This document shows, in pieces, positions 9,901-18,315 of a DNA stretch of 32,000 nucleotides. Both the position numbers and the translations under genes were made by a program. Each line of letters starts with the position of its first letter. The first letter of the stretch is position 1. The stretch is taken from NCBI GenBank assembly GCA_000091165.1, contig FP565575.1, positions 2,370,001 to 2,402,000 of the forward strand, in the 5' to 3' direction. The DNA comes from Candidatus Methylomirabilis oxygeniifera. GTDB lineage: Bacteria > Methylomirabilota > Methylomirabilia > Methylomirabilales > Methylomirabilaceae. Under the pieces are notes generated by a model, which did not search any database, had not been told where the DNA came from, and worked only from the letters and a program-made list of their open reading frames with translations.

Positions 9901-9979
9901 AGCGTTCAGCGTTCGGCCTCAGACAAAACAAGGAATGTGCCACACGAACTGACAGCCGACCGCTGAAAGTTGATCGCTG
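9901..9979. repeat. Heptamer-periodic imperfect inverted element C
   Basis: Left arm AGCGTTCAGCGTTCGGCCTCAGA (9901-9923) and right arm ACTGACAGCCGACCGCTGAAAGTTGATCGCTG (9948-9979). Same 7-nt unit as elements A and B. It lies 3' of cutA. Confidence 0.6.
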
Positions 9980-9994
9980 CCTCAGATGAATTGC

Positions 9995-10023
9995 TTGACA
10001 AACCGATCGAAGCAGGGTATAAG
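9995..10023 (+). promoter_or_regulatory. Near-consensus sigma70-type promoter upstream of the lytic transglycosylase gene
   Basis: TTGACA (9995-10000), 17-nt spacer, TATAAG (10018-10023). Confidence 0.65.
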
Positions 10024-10128
10024 ACTCTGCAACCGCCCGCTACCATAGGGGCCCTTCAGACAGCGCGGATCGCCACAGCTTCTTGATTCTTGCCAGCTTT
10101 TGCCTATTAACCCTGACAGGAGGTCAAG

Positions 10129-12132
10129 ATGGACCCTCGATTCTCCCGAAGACTCCTAGGGGTAGCGGTCGCCATTTCGTTGAGCGTCTCGCCCTTCGCC
10201 TCCATTTCAGCCTTCTCTGCGGAGTACCAGGCTCGCAGTAATAGTCTCACCGAGATCCCACAGCGACACAGCCTCTCCGATAATCAGCTTACAGCCGCCG
10301 TGGTATTGCCTCCCCATGGGGTGAGTATCCAACCCCAGAGTCACGTCCTCGACGGAACGCTTCGAACGCCAGGCGACAACGAAAGAACCCTTCGGAATGG
10401 GTTAGTGCATTCTTCTAAGGGAATGCAGGCATTGGCGGCGGGAGATCGAGTCGGGGCTCAGAAAGAGCTGGAGACCGCAAGGAGCATCCTGTCACAGCTT
10501 CCTAAGGCGGCGACTTCGGATGAACTGCGGCTCAGACTTATCGAAGAAACGGCGCTCCTCCATGCGGCGCTTTCCGGCGCCCTTTCAGGTCAAGAAGCAG
10601 ATAGTCCGACAGACGAGCGAGAGGAAGAGGAGAACGAAGCCGATACCGAGGCGGCCCCCGACCTCGTTGTTTCCGAAGAGGAGCCGGTCCTGGCGTCTCC
10701 GGGCAGCGAGATCCTGTCGATCCCTGCACTGGATCCGAGCGACTTTGATGTGCCGATCGAACTGAATGAACAGGTGAAGGCGTATATCCTCTACTATCAA
10801 ACTCGAAAATCGGGAGTGATGAGCCGGGCCTTTGAGCGATCAGGTCGCTTTCTGCCGATGATGCGCCGGATCTTTCGAGATCACGGCATCCCACAGGACC
10901 TCGTCAACCTGGCGTACGTCGAAAGTGGTTTCAACTACCGCGCTTATTCCAAGGCAAAAGCATCCGGGATCTGGCAGTTCATCAAACCGACCGGGAATCG
11001 GTATGGGATGAGGGTCAACTACTGGCTTGATGAGCGGCGGGATCCGGAAAAGGCGACCCACGCGGCAGCCGCCTACCTGAAAGACCTGTATGAGATGTTT
11101 CAATCCTGGCCGCTGGCTCTGGCCGCATACAACGCAGGGGAGTATCGGATTCAGCGGGCCATCGAACAGCAGGGAACCACCGATTTCTGGTCGTTAAGGC
11201 TTCCGAAGGAAACTGAGCTCTTTGTTCCCGCCTTCATGGCGGTCACCATCATTGCCCAAGACCCCGATCGGTACGGCTTTGCCGCACCGGTTGAGGAGCC
11301 ATGGAATGTGGAGCGGGTGACAGTGCCAGGGGCCATTGAGCTACGTTCTGTGGCTCGGACGGTAGGCGTGTCGTCAGACCTGATCCGGGATTTGAATCCG
11401 GCCCTGATGCGCGGGGTGACTCCCATACACGCTTCCGAATACGAGATTCTGCTCCCGCCTGGCGCCAAGGAGATCCTCTTGGCTAACCTCGATCAGCTCC
11501 CACGGTACTCGTACCGTGAGCCGGTCAGGACAGCAGTAAAATGGCATCGGGTCAGAAAAGGGGAGACGTTGGAATTAATCGCCTCGCGGCACCGGACTGT
11601 CCCTGCCGAGCTGGCCGGCTTCAACGGCCTGAAGGTTGGCGACAGGTTGAAGGTGGGGGCGCTGCTTCGATTGTCGCCGGCTGCACCGGCGAGCAAGGGG
11701 GCCGTGGTCTCTGTGCGAGGCGCCGGCTCCAGGGGTCGTCCGATGGCAGCGAAGAAGGCTGTATCCTCGGCCCGTTCCGCCGCCTATATCGTCAAGCGCG
11801 GCGATACGCTCTCGAAGGTCGCCAGAATTTACGGCGTGACGCCTGACAATCTGCGACAGTGGAATGGCCTGAAACGCCAGGCGAAGCTTCAACCGGGACA
11901 AACATTGCAGGTAGTCGCTCAGACCGCAAAAAGCAATCGTGACACCGGACGCGGGGATGTTCCAGCCTCTATAACTCCCGTTCGGTACAGGGTGAGAAGA
12001 GGCGATACCCTATGGGAAATCGCCAGGGTCCACGATGTTACCCCGGACGAACTCCGCCGATGGAACGACCTGGGGCACAAGACTCCGCTTTTGGTGGGTC
12101 AGGAGTTAAGGATCCGCGTCAGCGAGAGCTGA
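10129..12132 (+). CDS. Membrane-bound lytic murein transglycosylase D-like, with three C-terminal LysM domains
   Basis: Signal peptide, SLT domain (LAYVESGFNYRAYSKAKASGIWQFIKPTGNRYGM...AAYNAGEYRIQRAI), and three LysM repeats (HRVRKGETLELIA, YIVKRGDTLSKVA, YRVRRGDTLWEIA). Confidence 0.93.
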   Translation: MDPRFSRRLLGVAVAISLSVSPFASISAFSAEYQARSNSLTEIPQRHSLSDNQLTAAVVLPPHGVSIQPQSHVLDGTLRTPGDNERTLRNGLVHSSKGMQALAAGDRVGAQKELETARSILSQLPKAATSDELRLRLIEETALLHAALSGALSGQEADSPTDEREEEENEADTEAAPDLVVSEEEPVLASPGSEILSIPALDPSDFDVPIELNEQVKAYILYYQTRKSGVMSRAFERSGRFLPMMRRIFRDHGIPQDLVNLAYVESGFNYRAYSKAKASGIWQFIKPTGNRYGMRVNYWLDERRDPEKATHAAAAYLKDLYEMFQSWPLALAAYNAGEYRIQRAIEQQGTTDFWSLRLPKETELFVPAFMAVTIIAQDPDRYGFAAPVEEPWNVERVTVPGAIELRSVARTVGVSSDLIRDLNPALMRGVTPIHASEYEILLPPGAKEILLANLDQLPRYSYREPVRTAVKWHRVRKGETLELIASRHRTVPAELAGFNGLKVGDRLKVGALLRLSPAAPASKGAVVSVRGAGSRGRPMAAKKAVSSARSAAYIVKRGDTLSKVARIYGVTPDNLRQWNGLKRQAKLQPGQTLQVVAQTAKSNRDTGRGDVPASITPVRYRVRRGDTLWEIARVHDVTPDELRRWNDLGHKTPLLVGQELRIRVSES

Positions 12133-12156
12133 CGAGACATTCGCTCCGGCCCATCG

Positions 12157-12462
12157 TTGAATTCGGGTCGTTGGATGTCATCACATGGGGCACACAGGTC
12201 TTCTCACGTCATTCAGAGCTCACTCGTGCCACCAGGCGGAGCTAACCGGCGTATTCGGTTCATCGCAGGCGTTGCCTTCATTGCCGTAAGCTTTCTGGTC
12301 TACCCATCCTATCTTGTGATTCCACTCCTTCCACTTTCCGGTACGATGAAACTGGGCATCACTCTCCTCGCTTCGCTTCTGAGCTGGGGGATGTTCGGCG
12401 TCGGCTTCTATCTGAGTGGGCGAGAAGGGTATGACTGGCTCAAGCGACGCCTTCGTCGCTGA
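12157..12462 (+). CDS. Small membrane protein of unknown function
   Basis: Two hydrophobic stretches (FIAGVAFIAVSFLVYPSYLVIPLL and LGITLLASLLSWGMFGVGFYL) followed by a basic tail. The true start is uncertain. Confidence 0.4.
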   Translation: MNSGRWMSSHGAHRSSHVIQSSLVPPGGANRRIRFIAGVAFIAVSFLVYPSYLVIPLLPLSGTMKLGITLLASLLSWGMFGVGFYLSGREGYDWLKRRLRR

Positions 12463-13126
12463 TCCGCGTCAAGTCGATTGATCGTCCGTTACCCGGCAAG
12501 TGTAGTCCGTCCCATGCTTCCTCCTATCTCTATATTCGCCTGCAGCCAGCCGAGTGGTCATTTACTCAATACGTCTTATCCTTGGAGGCCTGCCGTTCTC
12601 TCCGCACCGCTTTCATTAGAATCGCGTGAGATTGTATACGCCAAAATGCGTATTGACTGATGTGGCCATTTGTTGGATAGTGCACGATTGTGTGCCTACA
12701 CCTATGTGCGATCTCACAGTAAAGTAGGATAGTATGCGGCGAGATACATCTCATGTCGCATTCAGTTCTTGGTAGTCGTTATGGCATGCGTGTAAGTAGA
12801 GGTAGATAATAAAAACGACTCACTTATTGATGACATGACAATAGCGTGTGTTTTTCAGACAACGCCAAGTGCCGATTTCCTGAACTGAAAAGGAGGTGAT
12901 TCTTACAGACTCATGAAGTATCAGGCCGCGGCTTCTTTGGATCACTCTTAGTTATGTGCCGTGAAGTCGTAGGGCCAGCGCAGCCCGGTCGGCTGACTGA
13001 CGTTGCTGTGCCGGGTGTATACGACAGGTGACCCGATTCTTTACTTATCCTGGTGGTCGTGGTGTTCCGCGTGGCGGAGCTCCCGTCGATCCCTGGTACG
13101 TCTAGTAAATGTGGAGGCAAATACGG

Positions 13127-15511
13127 ATGAATGAGATGAGCGTCACAGGCAACTTGCTGGTACGAGGCAAGAGTAATAAGAGGAGAAGTAAGAGTAAAGG
13201 TTTCGCGCTGATCGGCGCATTGTTGGGAACGCTTGCGGCCGTTTCCCCGGGTTCAGCGGCCCAGAGCCCGCAAGTTCGATTGGATCCCGACAGCATCCCA
13301 CAGTTCGCGCAGCCGCTGCCGGGACTCGATCTCGGGGCAGTTGTCAGTAGCGGACCTACCGGTGTAGGTCTCAAGGTGTATGTCGGCGCCGATGCCATCG
13401 TCGGGTCGACCGAGATCCACATCTGCGAATTCGACGCGAGCGTGTTGCCGTCGGGTACACCGGGCGTGACGGCGAAGACGCGCTCATGGGGATATATCGT
13501 AGGTCCATCATGTCCGGCCCCAGGCACGCCGGAATATACACAGGACAGTTATATCGGCCCGGTACTCGTGGCCGTCCGCAACTTACCCTCTACCCTGAAG
13601 TTCGTCAATGACCTCGGGAATGCCGACTCGACTGGAGTGCTGGCGTACAAGTATTCTGTTGACCAGACGATTCACTGGGCCGATCCGCTCGACCTTCATG
13701 CCACGGCCCACTGCTATCACCTGGCCGAGGACGGACACATTCCGGACCCCGGTTCGGAGTGCGCCCAGAACTACGCCGGCCCCATCCCGGCGGCAGTGCA
13801 CCTGCATGGAGGCATCATTCCACCGGAACTGGACGGCGGTCCGGATGCCTGGGTCGCGAGCGACGGTCGCAAGGGTCATGGCTACTATACCTCCGCCCCG
13901 GCCCCGCCCAACGGTTTTACCTACAAGTATCCTAACGCCCAGGAAACTGCCCCACTTATTTTCCACGATCACGTCCTGGGTAACTTGCGTCTGAACCTCT
14001 ACGCGGGGATCGCCGCCGGTTACATCATTGAGGACAATACCCTCATCCCGACAGATGCCACTGGGGTTTGGGGGAGCACCGTTCTCGGTGTTGCCGCTTG
14101 CGACCCGGCTTCCAATAAATGCCTCCCTTCGAATCTGCCAGGCACCGCCGAGATCGTCCCGGTCATTATCCAGGACCGCATATTCGACACCAACGGACAG
14201 CTTTTCTGGCCGGCCGACGATGCGGGCGGTATCCTGTCAAGCCCGAACCCTGAGCACCCTTACTGGGCCCCCGATTTCTTTGGCGATGTCAATGTGGTGA
14301 ACGGCAAGGCGTGGCCGTACCTCGAGGTCCAGCCGAAGCGATACCGCTTCCTCTTCATTAACGCGTCTCACTCGCGCATCTACAACCTGAACCTGGGTGT
14401 ACCGATGTGGGTGATCGGCACGGATGGCGGATACGTAGACACGCCGATTCGGGTCGATAATCTCCTGATCACTTCCGGCGAGCGATACGAAGTCATTATT
14501 GATTTTAAAGGTCTGAATGAGCAAAATCTGATCCTCCGTAATACGGCCGAAGCACCGTACCCGAACGGCACGGCGCCGAAACCAACGACCCTTGGGCACG
14601 TGATGCAGTTCCGCGTTGCGGCTGCGGACGCAGCGGATACCAGCTTCGATCCGGCTTCCGGCAATCGGATACGGGGCAAAGAGGCGCAGATCGTACGTCT
14701 CGTGAAACCGACCAAGGGGAAGTTGGCCGTAAAGAAGAAGAACGTGGCTGTAACTCGCCAGCTCGTCTTTAACGACGTGGACGGCGCGAGCAAGACCGTG
14801 ACCAACCCGGTCACCGGCGAGCCCGGAACTACCTACCTGGGCGGGCGGCTGGAAATCCTGATGAACAATACCAAGTGGTCAGGCGAATCGGATAGGACGT
14901 ATGGCGACTTCACGCCGATTACGCTCAACGGTGTTACGAATAACTACTCTGAGATTGTTCAAGAGGGCAACATCGAAGTGTGGGAGTTTGTCAACCTGAC
15001 CCAGGTGTCTCACGCGCAACACCTGCATGGAGTCGCGTTTCAGGTGCTCAATCGCCAGGACTTCAATAAGGGCGCCTACATGGCGGCCTATGCGACGGCG
15101 TTTCCTGGCGGCGCATTTATTCCAGGCTTCGGCCCACCGTTAGACTATAGGCCGTCATCCGCTTCCGGTAAGAAGTACGGCGGTAACCCCGACATCAAAC
15201 CGTACCTGCAAGGGAAAGTCATACCGCCTCGACCTGAAGAGTCCGCCTGGAAGGACACCGTGATCACCCTTCCCGGTCAGGTGACCAGGGTTGCCGTACG
15301 GTATACGCCTTCCGATCTGCCGATCAGCGCGAAGGCTCAGGATCGGTACTTCCCATTCGATTCGAGCGGTGGCAATCAGAACGGCTTTGTCCACCACTGT
15401 CACATGACCGAACATGAAGACAACGAGATGATGCGAATCAGCCTGGTCACGTTGAACCCCGACGCGCCGGCACCTGCAAGCAGGCTGCTCAAGAAAGGTA
15501 TAGACTACTGA
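13127..15511 (+). CDS. Secreted multicopper oxidase, CotA/bilirubin-oxidase-like
   Basis: All four copper motifs are present: HLHG (13799), HDH (13964), HAQHLHG (15011) and HHCHMTEHEDNEMM (15392, axial Met). Signal peptide KGFALIGALLGTLAAVSPGSAA. The start at 13127 lies downstream of GGAGG at 13113-13117. The tracked ORF starts at 13109. Confidence 0.93.
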   Translation: MNEMSVTGNLLVRGKSNKRRSKSKGFALIGALLGTLAAVSPGSAAQSPQVRLDPDSIPQFAQPLPGLDLGAVVSSGPTGVGLKVYVGADAIVGSTEIHICEFDASVLPSGTPGVTAKTRSWGYIVGPSCPAPGTPEYTQDSYIGPVLVAVRNLPSTLKFVNDLGNADSTGVLAYKYSVDQTIHWADPLDLHATAHCYHLAEDGHIPDPGSECAQNYAGPIPAAVHLHGGIIPPELDGGPDAWVASDGRKGHGYYTSAPAPPNGFTYKYPNAQETAPLIFHDHVLGNLRLNLYAGIAAGYIIEDNTLIPTDATGVWGSTVLGVAACDPASNKCLPSNLPGTAEIVPVIIQDRIFDTNGQLFWPADDAGGILSSPNPEHPYWAPDFFGDVNVVNGKAWPYLEVQPKRYRFLFINASHSRIYNLNLGVPMWVIGTDGGYVDTPIRVDNLLITSGERYEVIIDFKGLNEQNLILRNTAEAPYPNGTAPKPTTLGHVMQFRVAAADAADTSFDPASGNRIRGKEAQIVRLVKPTKGKLAVKKKNVAVTRQLVFNDVDGASKTVTNPVTGEPGTTYLGGRLEILMNNTKWSGESDRTYGDFTPITLNGVTNNYSEIVQEGNIEVWEFVNLTQVSHAQHLHGVAFQVLNRQDFNKGAYMAAYATAFPGGAFIPGFGPPLDYRPSSASGKKYGGNPDIKPYLQGKVIPPRPEESAWKDTVITLPGQVTRVAVRYTPSDLPISAKAQDRYFPFDSSGGNQNGFVHHCHMTEHEDNEMMRISLVTLNPDAPAPASRLLKKGIDY

Positions 15512-15578
15512 TGCCATATTCAACTGCATTCGCATATCGCATCATTATCAGGACTGCCGAGAGAAGGAGCGCTAGATA

Positions 15579-18095
15579 ATGAAGAGCATACAGAGGTTGT
15601 CAATCTATCTCATCATGGCGATAGGGATGTGGATCGGTACGGATGCCGACGCCAGTTCCGTGCAATCGCAAGACCCGGCCGCGATCTTTGCGCGAGCCTG
15701 CGCGACCTGTCATGGCGCAAAGGGTCTCGGAGGTGTCTCGTGGGTCAAGAATAATTCGCGGGATCAGCGAACGGCTCCCCAAATTGCGGGCCACCCTGCA
15801 GACAGCATCAAAGCGATGGTCAGAAGAGGGTCGGAGAATGCCGCAATGCCCGGATTTGGGGTACAGGAGATTACGGATGCCGAGCTGGACGCCTTGGCAA
15901 CCTTTATTCAGGATAACTCGAGCAGCATACCGACACCGGTGAAACCCAGCGGAAAACAGGTGGCCCTGTATGTGCTGGATGCCGATCCATGGTTTACGGA
16001 TCGTGGCGCCGACAATGATGCGGATCCGTTTAATGACGTGAGAAGAGTCGTGCTGGAGCCAGGCCAATACCTGAAGGTTATCAATACCGGTCGCACCTGG
16101 CACAGTTTCACCAGTCTTGAGTCCGGCAAAGACTCCGGATTTATCGGTTACGCCGGGAACTACAAGAATAAGACCAAGGATCTGAATCAGAACCGAAAGG
16201 CAGGTATGGGTTTCTACTACGCCGACCAGACGGCCGGCCTCGCATCGGGCTGCAATAAGTACATTTGTAAGATCCACCCGTACATGACGGTTGAAGTCTG
16301 CACCGCCGGTAGCACCCCGAAAGGGCCGAACGATGTGCTCGGCTTAACGCGGGCGCACAAGCAGCCCCTTGGGCTTCCATCAGTCCCAGGAATCGGCGAT
16401 GAGATATGGGTCAGTGCCCAAAGTCAGGAGGAAGTGGGCGAAAAGACGACGAAAATCAAAAAGAAATCAGTCCGCGACTTTGATGGCGCTTACCAGGTCA
16501 TCAATACCGCTACCTGGAATGTCACCCGCGTCCCCAATGTCGGCAATAACCCACACAATTCCTGGCCGGGTCATACCGCGACGCGGGACGTGGTCGTCTC
16601 AACCAACTGGCATGACAACAGACTGACGTTGATGGATGCCACAACCAAGACCGTTGTCAGGGAATTCCGGTCTGGCGCCACCAACGCGCACGTGATGGCG
16701 GTGCCAGGCGTCGCAAATCGGGATACCTGGTTTGTGAGCCATATGGGCGGTAAGGCGATGGCCGAAATCAGTGTGGACCTGCTTGAACTGGGGACCGACC
16801 CGAATGTCGGCCTCTTGCGTGGCGCGCCAGGGCCTCACGGTCTGTGGATGTGCGACGATACGTATCACTTTATCGTTGCCGACACCTTCAATAACTCGGC
16901 ATCCATGTATGATATCGATTTCGGAAACGTTGCCACCACCGCTACCGGTGGAACGATCCCCCTGGCGACGGGCATCAAGAACGGTTTCGGGCCTGGAGGG
17001 TGCACAAAGGGCTTTGCGGCGAATGCCGGGACCGCCGATCTTGCGGTCTACAATATCACCCCCACCTTGGGCGCCGAGGAGCTTGACCGCGATACGACTT
17101 GGTCTGCCGAACACGCAAATGGCGTCCATAAGAACGTCGCCGGAAACATTGCGCTCAGAGCGACAGACCCCGGAACGGATGTGGCGTCACCCCATGCGCT
17201 TCTGCCGGCAGAAACCATCGAGCAGAAACGGTGGTCCCATCTGCCGATTCAGAGCCCGGTCAGCCCCGTCGACGCCACGACCCACGGGCGTTTCATGGTG
17301 ACGGCCAACAAGGCCAGCTTTAATGTTGTGATTACCGGCCTGGATCCCAGCGGTCGTCCGTGGGGTGTCTTCACCGCACCGGCCGGTCTTGGCGCCCACG
17401 GTGTCAGCTTCGGTAAAAAGAATCGGTGTGACACCAATAACGATGGCGTGGAGGATACGGATGCCTCTGCAGCCGTGATCTGCTATTACGCGTTTGTTAC
17501 CAACACCTTCGAGGATTATGTTAGTGTCTACGATCTGGAGAAGGTCGATGTGAATGACGACAGGGTCATCAACAATCCTGCTGGGTTGGGTATGCAGGGA
17601 CCAGGTTCGGCGCTCTTGACCGAGAACGTCTATCTCGAAGGTGGGGCGGTCGCTGCGGTCGTTGCTCTCGATCCTGGCGTTGCAGGGCTCTGCGGGTCCG
17701 TTCTGAAGTGCGGTACTGGGCCAACCGGTGGAACGTATATCTCGAATCTCCCCATTGGAATCCTTTGTCCGGATTGCCGCAGCGGGGTACACGTTGGCGA
17801 TATTCCGCTCACGCTGACCACCGGCGCGCCGCTGGCCGGTCCTGCAGATACCGTTGCCAACAGCGGTGCCAATGCGAAGTATGTTTATCTGAAGGAGCCC
17901 GTATGGGTAGATACGATGACCGTGGGATGCGCCTTGTCGGCAAACGACTGCGACAATACTGCAGGCGAACCGTTCGGAGCGGGCACAGAAGTAGGAAACC
18001 TGAACACACAAGTGACACTTGACTTGGAGCTTGGAACGAATACGGGCGCTCAGGGTATTGTGGTACGACCGGCTTCAGCGCCGTGGACGCCGTAG
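15579..18095 (+). CDS. Secreted multi-domain redox protein: cytochrome c domain, type-1 copper cupredoxin-like domain, large His-rich beta-propeller-like region
   Basis: Signal peptide. CATCH heme site (C41-H45, nt 15699). Cupredoxin-type ligands WHSF (H175) and CKIHPYM (C230/H233/M236), which is amicyanin-like CxxHxxM spacing. Propeller-like segments follow (VVVSTNWHDNRLTLMDATTKTVVREF, GPHGLWMCDDTYHFIVADTFNNSASMYDI, YYAFVTNTFEDYVSVYDL). Confidence 0.85.
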   Translation: MKSIQRLSIYLIMAIGMWIGTDADASSVQSQDPAAIFARACATCHGAKGLGGVSWVKNNSRDQRTAPQIAGHPADSIKAMVRRGSENAAMPGFGVQEITDAELDALATFIQDNSSSIPTPVKPSGKQVALYVLDADPWFTDRGADNDADPFNDVRRVVLEPGQYLKVINTGRTWHSFTSLESGKDSGFIGYAGNYKNKTKDLNQNRKAGMGFYYADQTAGLASGCNKYICKIHPYMTVEVCTAGSTPKGPNDVLGLTRAHKQPLGLPSVPGIGDEIWVSAQSQEEVGEKTTKIKKKSVRDFDGAYQVINTATWNVTRVPNVGNNPHNSWPGHTATRDVVVSTNWHDNRLTLMDATTKTVVREFRSGATNAHVMAVPGVANRDTWFVSHMGGKAMAEISVDLLELGTDPNVGLLRGAPGPHGLWMCDDTYHFIVADTFNNSASMYDIDFGNVATTATGGTIPLATGIKNGFGPGGCTKGFAANAGTADLAVYNITPTLGAEELDRDTTWSAEHANGVHKNVAGNIALRATDPGTDVASPHALLPAETIEQKRWSHLPIQSPVSPVDATTHGRFMVTANKASFNVVITGLDPSGRPWGVFTAPAGLGAHGVSFGKKNRCDTNNDGVEDTDASAAVICYYAFVTNTFEDYVSVYDLEKVDVNDDRVINNPAGLGMQGPGSALLTENVYLEGGAVAAVVALDPGVAGLCGSVLKCGTGPTGGTYISNLPIGILCPDCRSGVHVGDIPLTLTTGAPLAGPADTVANSGANAKYVYLKEPVWVDTMTVGCALSANDCDNTAGEPFGAGTEVGNLNTQVTLDLELGTNTGAQGIVVRPASAPWTP

Positions 18096-18122
18096 CTCCT
18101 CCATTGGGTTGCGGTTATTATC

Positions 18123-18155
18123 ATGAGGAGGGGATGCCAAACATCCCCTCCTCAT
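18123..18155 (+). terminator. Rho-independent terminator-like hairpin
   Basis: ATGAGGAGGGGATG (18123-18136), loop CCAAA, CATCCCCTCCTCAT (18142-18155): a perfect 14-bp stem followed by TCTATTTC. Confidence 0.85.
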
Positions 18156-18167
18156 TCTATTTCAGAT

Positions 18168-18196
18168 TTGACAACCTGAGGTCCCTTCCGTACAAT
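18168..18196 (+). promoter_or_regulatory. Near-consensus sigma70-type promoter for the nucleotide-sugar cassette
   Basis: TTGACA (18168-18173), 17-nt spacer, TACAAT (18191-18196). Confidence 0.65.
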
Positions 18197-18315
18197 TCTC
18201 CCCGTCCTACAAATACATTGAATCTTCCCGCCAGTTCAGACTTAACATTTACAGAAGAACGCGTTGCGTAACGCCCTGCTAATAGGATGACGATCAGCGC
18301 GGTCGAGGAAATATC

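Noticed and set aside
6599-9979. Heptamer arrays considered as CRISPR-like or VNTR tandem repeats
   Set aside because: Units are only about 7 nt, degenerate, two to four per arm and arranged as facing arms. This fits neither CRISPR spacing nor a simple tandem VNTR.
12911-13120. Minus-strand ORF (69 aa) in the gap before the multicopper oxidase
   Set aside because: Low-complexity Thr/Pro/Arg composition with no motif. The high-GC shadow frame fits better, and the plus-strand gene signals and hairpin explain the region at least as well.
13127-13210. Possible Tat signal (NKRRSKSKGF) on the multicopper oxidase
   Set aside because: It does not match the SRRxFLK pattern beyond the arginine pair. 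A Sec-type or uncertain signal is the safer call.
14237-14814. Antisense ORFs of 120-144 aa inside the multicopper oxidase gene (and many similar ones elsewhere in the track)
   Set aside because: They lie opposite strongly supported coding sequence, and their translations show no recognisable domain. This is typical antisense openness in GC-rich DNA.
17777-17800. CPDCRSGVH in the propeller protein considered as a second heme site
   Set aside because: CxxC is not followed by His, so it is not CxxCH. Only one covalent heme site (CATCH) is supported.
17249-18011. Large antisense ORF (274 aa, 17187-18011) opposite the propeller protein
   Set aside because: The sense frame has a signal peptide, heme and copper motifs and propeller repeats. 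The antisense translation has no coherent domain.
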